Source: an uncultured Nitrospiraceae bacterium
GTDB taxonomy: Bacteria > Hydrogenedentota > Hydrogenedentia > Hydrogenedentales > SLHB01
Length of the DNA stretch: 10,811 nucleotides
NCBI GenBank assembly: GCA_964452795.1
Contig: CAYVOE010000151.1
Coordinates: 1 to 10,811 of the forward strand
Direction of reading: 5' to 3'
The position numbers and the translations under genes were made by a program. Under the pieces are notes generated by a model. The model was not told where the DNA came from. It did no database searches and saw only the letters and a list, made by a program, of their open reading frames with translations. This document shows positions 6,323-10,811 of the stretch, in pieces. Positions within the stretch are counted from its first letter, which is position 1; each line of letters starts with the position of its first letter.

Positions 6323-6883
6323 TCATAACGGGTCCGATTCGTCAAGAAAGAACGTCAGCCCCGTGTCTCCGTACCGATTTCGGCGGCTGCACCGAAAGCC
6401 CGCCGCTTCCTCGGGCGGTTCCACGCGCAAGGCGTGTTCGATAATAATAACGCCGTGGGGAGCTAAAAGATTCGCGCTACGCAAGTTATGCAACAACCCC
6501 TTGTGGTCGGCGGCCTCGTAGGGCGGATCGGCAAACACGATGTCGTAGGGGGGATCGCCCGCGATCCGGTCCAGTCCGGCCGGCAGGGAAAGCTTGACGA
6601 CCCGGGCCTTCGGCCCCAGGCGGGTGGCCTGGAGATTGGCACGAATTGCTCGGAGAGATGCCTCGTCTTTGTCCACGAAGGTGGCCTCGGCGGCGCCGCG
6701 GCTGAGGGCCTCGATGCCGTTGGCGCCGCTGCCGGCGTAGAGGTCGAGGAACCGGGCCCCGGGAATTCGGGGTGCGAGAATATTGAAAAGCGATTCGCGG
6801 ACGCGGTCAAGGGTGGGGCGGACGCGGAGACCTTTGGGGGCATCCAGGCGATGGCCTCGGGCGGTGCCGCCGATGATGCGCAT
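6323..6883 (-). CDS. rsmD: 16S rRNA (guanine966-N2)-methyltransferase RsmD (186 aa).
   Basis: MRIIGGTARGHRLDAPKGLRVRPTLDRVRESLFNIL...FLDLYAGSGANGIEALSRGA...VFADPPY carries the RsmD/YhhF family motifs. ATG at 6883 with GGAGAGGAG upstream. The longer ORF-track N-terminus lacks an RBS. Confidence 0.88.
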   Translation of the reverse strand: MRIIGGTARGHRLDAPKGLRVRPTLDRVRESLFNILAPRIPGARFLDLYAGSGANGIEALSRGAAEATFVDKDEASLRAIRANLQATRLGPKARVVKLSLPAGLDRIAGDPPYDIVFADPPYEAADHKGLLHNLRSANLLAPHGVIIIEHALRVEPPEEAAGFRCSRRNRYGDTGLTFFLDESDPL

Positions 6884-7104
6884 GGGGGTCGGTCTCCTCT
6901 CCGTTGGCTCAAATCCGGGTACGGCCTTCATTTTACCGCGGAGGAAGGCACGGACGCAGCCAACGGGGCGGACCGGGTACCGGCGGGCGCTTCGGTCGAA
7001 GTACCTCCCGTCGCCGCAAGAGAAGCGTCGGCCGGGGGCGCGCTCAATGCGGAATTGCACGAAATCCAGACTTGCGGAGGTTGCGGGAAAGCAGGAGATG
7101 AGGC

Positions 7105-7423
7105 GGTGGATAACCTGTGGATAACTTGGGGAAAAACCATGGGGAAGGACAACGTTTTCGTGGATGAAAGGGGGCGACCGGGGCGGCGGTCCGATGGACG
7201 ACGGGCATATTCGCGGGGTCTTTGAAAATCCGGAATCAAAACCGATTTCTGGGGGTCGTGTTATAACCCATTTGAAATCAAGTATTTATGGCGACGTGTT
7301 CGCTGCGAGCCGGGGTGCGCCGTGGAAAGCCGAGGAAAACGCGACGAACCGCCGCGGAAAGGCGGGGAGTTTCCGGTCCGTTGTTCCAAGATGGCGCGGA
7401 GGGCGGCGCGGACCTGTGGATGA
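7105..7423 (+). promoter_or_regulatory. Cluster of four DnaA-box-like 9-mers in one orientation (TGTGGATAA, which is TTATCCACA on the - strand). They are at 7105-7113 (8/9), 7116-7124 (9/9; 11 bp from the first), 7159-7167 (7/9) and 7415-7423 (8/9). A short AT-rich tract lies at 7255-7292. Located in the 600-bp non-coding gap upstream of rsmD.
   Basis: Motifs were read directly from the sequence. No convincing ORF lies in 6884-7491. Confidence 0.4.
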
Positions 7424-7491
7424 CCGAGCGGTTTCGAGGGGTTTGGGGGCCCCGGGGGGACGTAAACGTCCTCCCGGGGCGGACCGCGTCG

Positions 7492-9003
7492 CTAGTGCTG
7501 TTGGGCGAAGGTTTTGATGCTGTCGAGGCGGGGCACGCTGTAGGTACCCATGATCATCTGGTCGAGAATGCTCTTCTCCGTGGAGTAGAGGCGGGCGTTC
7601 TCGAGGTCGATCTTTCCTTCCTTGTAGAGGCGATGGAGGTACTCCTCGAAGAGGAAGGAATGGGAGATTTTCTGTTGCATGCCGACGCGGATGGCGTCGG
7701 TGTCGCCCTCGAGGATGGCGTCGTTGATGGGCTTCATGTCGTTGAACATCATCTCGAGGGCGGGGATGCGGCCGCCGCCGACGCGGGGCACCAGGCGCTG
7801 GCAGATGACGCAGCGGAGGCAGTCCCGCAACTGGAGCTTGACGAGGTCGCGCTCGACGGGGTCGAAGAAGCTGACGACGCGGTTGATGACTTCGGAGGCG
7901 GTGTTGGAGTGGAGGGTGCTGATGACGAGGTGGCCCGTGGCGGCGGCGTTGATGGCGGAGCGGATGGTGTCGGGGTCGCGCATCTCGCCGATGACGATGA
8001 CGTCGGGGTCGTGGCGCAGGGCGCCGGTGACGGCGAGGTTGAAGTTGTCCACGTCGACGCCGATGCCGCGCTGGGACACGATGGACTTCTTGTTCATGTG
8101 GACGTACTCGATGGGATTCTCGATGCTCAGGATATGAAGGGTGCGGTTCGAGTTGATCCAGTCAACGAGGGCGGCCACGGTGGTGGTCTTGCCGCTTCCG
8201 GTCATGCCGGTGACCAGCAGGAGCCCGTGGTGTAGCTGGGCCAGGGATTCCAGTTGCTGGCGCGGCACGTTGAGCTCTTCGAAGGATGGAATCTTCTCCG
8301 GCAGGAAGCGGAAGGTAAGGTGGACCGAGCCGGATTTCATGAATGCGGAGACGCGCGAGTATCCCAGGCCCACCTGGTGGTAGTTGAAGCTGCACTGCTG
8401 GGTTTCCTGGAACTCCTGCCAGTCGCGGTCGGGCGCCACCTCCCGCAGGAGCGCCAGGATCTGGGGCGTGGAGAGCGGACCGAGGAGCTCGGAGAAGCGG
8501 GCCTGGCTGTCGATGCGGAACACCGGCGGCTGGCCCGGCGTGAGGTGGATGTCGCTGGCCTTGTACTGCACCATGGCCTTGAAGAGGAATTCGGGGCTGA
8601 TGTGTTCGACGCGGTAGCGGTCGCCCTGGATCCGCCAGACTTCGGGCAGTTGGAAGCATTCCGAGAGCTTGTCGACCGCTTCCTGCACGGAGGCGACGTC
8701 GCCGTTCTCGCCGTGGACTTTGAAAATGTGCCAGGGCCCCTCTTCGGAGATCTCGCAGATGTCGCCCGCGCCGGCGGCGCACTGGCGCAGGGATTCGAGG
8801 GCTTCGCCCGAGCAGCGGACGCGGAGTTGGTAGGATTCGAAATCCCCCTCGAATCCCGACCGTTCGGCATGGATTTCAACGGAGCCCGAGCGGGCGGTGA
8901 TTTTGCGGGGAGTGCCTTGCGTGCGAGCGAGTTCGCGTTCCGCGCCGGCGATGACCTCGCGGGCGCTGTTCCGGACACCGAGGCCGAGTACCACTTCTAC
9001 CAT
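7492..9003 (-). CDS. pilT: PilT/PilU-like type IV pilus retraction ATPase homologue (503 aa) carrying an uncharacterised N-terminal extension of about 140 aa. It appears orphan, with no other pilus genes in the window.
   Basis: Walker A LLLVTGMTGSGKTTT, an Asp box, Walker B DVIVIGEMRD and the His box LVISTLHS. PilT N-domain homology begins at ISPEFLFKAMVQYKASDIHLTPG. A start at 9003 (MVEVV) has AGGAG 8 nt upstream. The ORF continues in frame to 9090 without an RBS. Confidence 0.8.
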   Translation of the reverse strand: MVEVVLGLGVRNSAREVIAGAERELARTQGTPRKITARSGSVEIHAERSGFEGDFESYQLRVRCSGEALESLRQCAAGAGDICEISEEGPWHIFKVHGENGDVASVQEAVDKLSECFQLPEVWRIQGDRYRVEHISPEFLFKAMVQYKASDIHLTPGQPPVFRIDSQARFSELLGPLSTPQILALLREVAPDRDWQEFQETQQCSFNYHQVGLGYSRVSAFMKSGSVHLTFRFLPEKIPSFEELNVPRQQLESLAQLHHGLLLVTGMTGSGKTTTVAALVDWINSNRTLHILSIENPIEYVHMNKKSIVSQRGIGVDVDNFNLAVTGALRHDPDVIVIGEMRDPDTIRSAINAAATGHLVISTLHSNTASEVINRVVSFFDPVERDLVKLQLRDCLRCVICQRLVPRVGGGRIPALEMMFNDMKPINDAILEGDTDAIRVGMQQKISHSFLFEEYLHRLYKEGKIDLENARLYSTEKSILDQMIMGTYSVPRLDSIKTFAQQH

Positions 9004-9199
9004 GGAACCGACTCCTGTCGAGCCCGCGTCCCCCATGGAGCTGAGAGGCGACGCCCGTCGCTTCACAGCAAATTTGCGGGCTTCCCTCAATTTTCATACT
9101 ACCCGACCCCGGGTGGGGATTCAATCGCCGGTGTGGACGGTGCTTGAAGCCGATCCGGGGCGACGGGCACACTGGGCGGAGCAGGCGGAGAGGCACGGG

Positions 9200-10399
9200 A
9201 TGGACAGACGTATCCTGATGGTGGGGGTGGGGGCGAACCAGGTCGGCATGGTGCGCAAGGCGCGGGAAATGGGCCTGTACACCGTGGCGGTGGACGGCAG
9301 CGCGACGGCGCCGGGCCTGGCGGAGGCGGACGCCGCCGAGGTGACGGACATTTTGAACCCCGCGGAACTGGTGCGGGTGGCGCGGGCCCACGGGGTGGAC
9401 GCCGTGTATGCGGGGGCGGAGCCGGGGGTCGAAGCCACGGCCGCGGCGGCGGCGGAACTGGGCCTGCCCGGTCTGCCGGTGGAGGTGGCGTTCCGGGTGC
9501 GGAACAAGCTGGCCATGCGCGACTCGCTCGAGGCCCACGGGATCCCGGGGCCGGCGTACCGGGGGGTGACCGCGAGCGACGAGGCCACGGCGGCGGCGCG
9601 GGACATCGGGCTGCCGGTGGTGGTGAAACCGGCGGACGCCAACGCGAGCAAGGGCGTGCAGCGGGTGGATTATATCGAGGACGTGAGCCTGGCCTTCGCC
9701 ATGGCCCGCAAGCATTCCCGGTCGGGCACGGTGCTCGTCGAGGCCTTCATGGCAGGGGAAGAGCTCAATGTGGACGGACTGGTATTTGAGGGCCGCTACA
9801 TCCTGGGCGGGATGACGGGCAAGGCCCTGTCGCCGCCGCCGTATCGGTACGACGTGGGGATATTCATGCCGCCGCCGCTGGAACCCTCGGTGCGGGACGC
9901 GGTGGTGGACATGGTGGCGGAGGGGTTGCGGGCCCTGGGCTTCGAGAACGGCACGTCCCATGTCGAGGTGATGCTGACGGAAGACGGGCCGCGGATCGTG
10001 GAGGTGGCGGGGCGGGCCGGCGGCGGCCGGATTCCCACGGACCTGATCCCGCGGGTCTACGGCATCGATTACATGGCGGATTCGTTGCGGATCGCCCTGG
10101 GCGAGGCGCCGCGGGAAGTGCCGAAACACGAGCGGGGATGCGCCGTGTATTGGGTCGGGGCGCGTTCGGGGGTGGTGCGACGGATCGAGGGCGTGGACCG
10201 GGCCCGGAGCATGCCGGGGGTGGAAGACGTGGTGATGTCGGTGAAGCTGGGCGACGTGTTGGGCCACGTGGTGGATTGCGTGACGCGCGACCGCATCGGC
10301 TACGTGATGGCCGGCGGAGCGTCGGCCGAGGAAGCCATTGCCAACGCCGTGGCCGCCCGCGACGCCATCCGCGTGGTGACGGAACCGACGACGGGGTAA
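9200..10399 (+). CDS. ATP-grasp domain carboxylate-amine ligase, L-amino-acid-ligase (BacD-like)/PurT-like architecture (399 aa).
   Basis: Domain order is pre-ATP-grasp Rossmann (RILMVGVGANQ...YTVAVDG), ATP-grasp (LPVVVKPADANASKGV, EAFMAGEELNVDG, a glycine-rich EVAGRAGGGRIP loop) and a C-terminal cap domain. ATG at 9200 with GGAGAGG 6 nt upstream. Confidence 0.75.
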   Translation: MDRRILMVGVGANQVGMVRKAREMGLYTVAVDGSATAPGLAEADAAEVTDILNPAELVRVARAHGVDAVYAGAEPGVEATAAAAAELGLPGLPVEVAFRVRNKLAMRDSLEAHGIPGPAYRGVTASDEATAAARDIGLPVVVKPADANASKGVQRVDYIEDVSLAFAMARKHSRSGTVLVEAFMAGEELNVDGLVFEGRYILGGMTGKALSPPPYRYDVGIFMPPPLEPSVRDAVVDMVAEGLRALGFENGTSHVEVMLTEDGPRIVEVAGRAGGGRIPTDLIPRVYGIDYMADSLRIALGEAPREVPKHERGCAVYWVGARSGVVRRIEGVDRARSMPGVEDVVMSVKLGDVLGHVVDCVTRDRIGYVMAGGASAEEAIANAVAARDAIRVVTEPTTG

Positions 10400-10409
10400 C
10401 GGTGAATTG

Positions 10410-10811
10410 GGTACACCAGCCACCATCCTGCCGTCATGTCCCTGGTTAAGGATATATACGTAGCGATGCGGGCCAGTCATTGGGCGGGGCCGTTCTGGGA
10501 TCGACATCGGCTTCACCCGTCGTAGGATTACGAGGACTGCGCTTGGCCCGCTCCTTGCCATGACACATTCCGTCATTGCGAGGAGCGGGCTCCCGGGGCT
10601 GAACCTCGCCTGGGCGCCTTTGAACACATGCGCACCATTGCCGTCCCGAAGCGTCCATACAGGAGCGACGCGGCAATCTCACCTGAGCCTTTGATCCCTG
10701 TCCGCGAAGTCATCGTCATCCCACAGGTAAAGATTGCCGCGTCGCTCTGTCTGGGTGCCCACAGAGGGTGTGGGCAGAATCGATGTAAACCCGCCTTTCG
10801 TAAGCACTTCC
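10410..10811. repeat. Second copy (B) of the structured palindromic repeat element, in the same orientation as copy A and truncated by the window end. Conserved blocks: gaggactgcgc (10533-10543), ccgtcattgcgaggagcg (10571-10588), and the P3 arms gagcgacgcggcaatct (10663-10679) and agattgccgcgtcgctc (10731-10747).
   Basis: Block-wise identity to copy A, with identical linker lengths (27-28 nt and 74 nt) but unalignable linker sequences. The left flank (10416-10531) is homologous to A 47-157. The region after P3' (ctgtctgggtgcccacagagggtgtgggca) is homologous to A 364-396. Confidence 0.65.

Noticed and set aside
7455-7485. GC-rich hairpin (ggggggacg-taaa-cgtcctccc) just after the pilT-like stop as a terminator.
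   Set aside because: No U-tract follows on the - strand, so it may be a stabilising 3' hairpin but not a canonical intrinsic terminator. Left unannotated.
7492-9090. Longer PilT-like start at 9090 (MREARK...).
   Set aside because: No Shine-Dalgarno sequence lies upstream of 9090, whereas the ATG at 9003 has AGGAG at 8 nt. I kept the 9003 start, but the extra 29 codons cannot be excluded.
8897-10399. 500-aa version of the ATP-grasp ORF starting at 8897.
   Set aside because: The first 100 residues are Ser/Thr/Pro/Arg-rich junk overlapping the pilT-like gene on the opposite strand. Homology and the RBS begin at 9200.
8876-10627. 583-aa ORF on the - strand spanning the ATP-grasp gene; also the 213-aa, 206-aa and 176-aa antisense ORFs over pilT and the ATP-grasp gene, and the 315-aa + strand ORF at 7288-8235 antisense to pilT.
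   Set aside because: Arg/His/Pro-rich junk composition with no RBS. The overlapping genes on the opposite strand have unambiguous family signatures.
1-10811. Interpreting the two direct element copies as attL/attR or as the ends of a composite mobile element carrying the 10-kb interior.
   Set aside because: The interior is housekeeping (slyD, cspA, nrdR, rsmD), with no integrase, transposase or conjugation genes. Two members of a dispersed repeat family is more parsimonious. It cannot be fully excluded without the flanking sequence.

Overview
High-GC (about 65-70%) bacterial chromosomal window. The gene content is a run of housekeeping genes, bracketed at both ends by copies of a large non-coding structured repeat. 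The genes are: a small membrane-anchored protein (-), an FKBP-type PPIase slyD-like (-), a cold-shock protein cspA-family (+), a 49-aa membrane peptide (-), an NfeD-like/flotillin (SPFH) operon (+), nrdR (-), rsmD (-), an orphan PilT-like ATPase with an unusual N-terminal extension (-), and a divergently transcribed L-amino-acid-ligase-like ATP-grasp enzyme (+). The most unusual content is non-coding. Positions 1-662 form one nested imperfect palindrome with four concentric, mostly perfect inverted-repeat pairs sharing a single symmetry centre near position 328. A second copy in the same orientation lies at 10410-10811 and is truncated by the window end; it conserves the paired blocks, but the linkers are unalignable, and the segment inside the innermost 20-bp inverted repeat appears inverted relative to copy A. 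Next to copy A is a short array of C(UUCG)G and C(GAAA)G tetraloop hairpin repeats (571-775). A cluster of four same-orientation DnaA-box-like 9-mers sits in the 600-bp rsmD/pilT intergenic region. The very long ORFs antisense to the flotillin, pilT-like and ATP-grasp genes are GC-driven artefacts. No tRNA, rRNA, CRISPR array, or transposase/integrase gene was identified.
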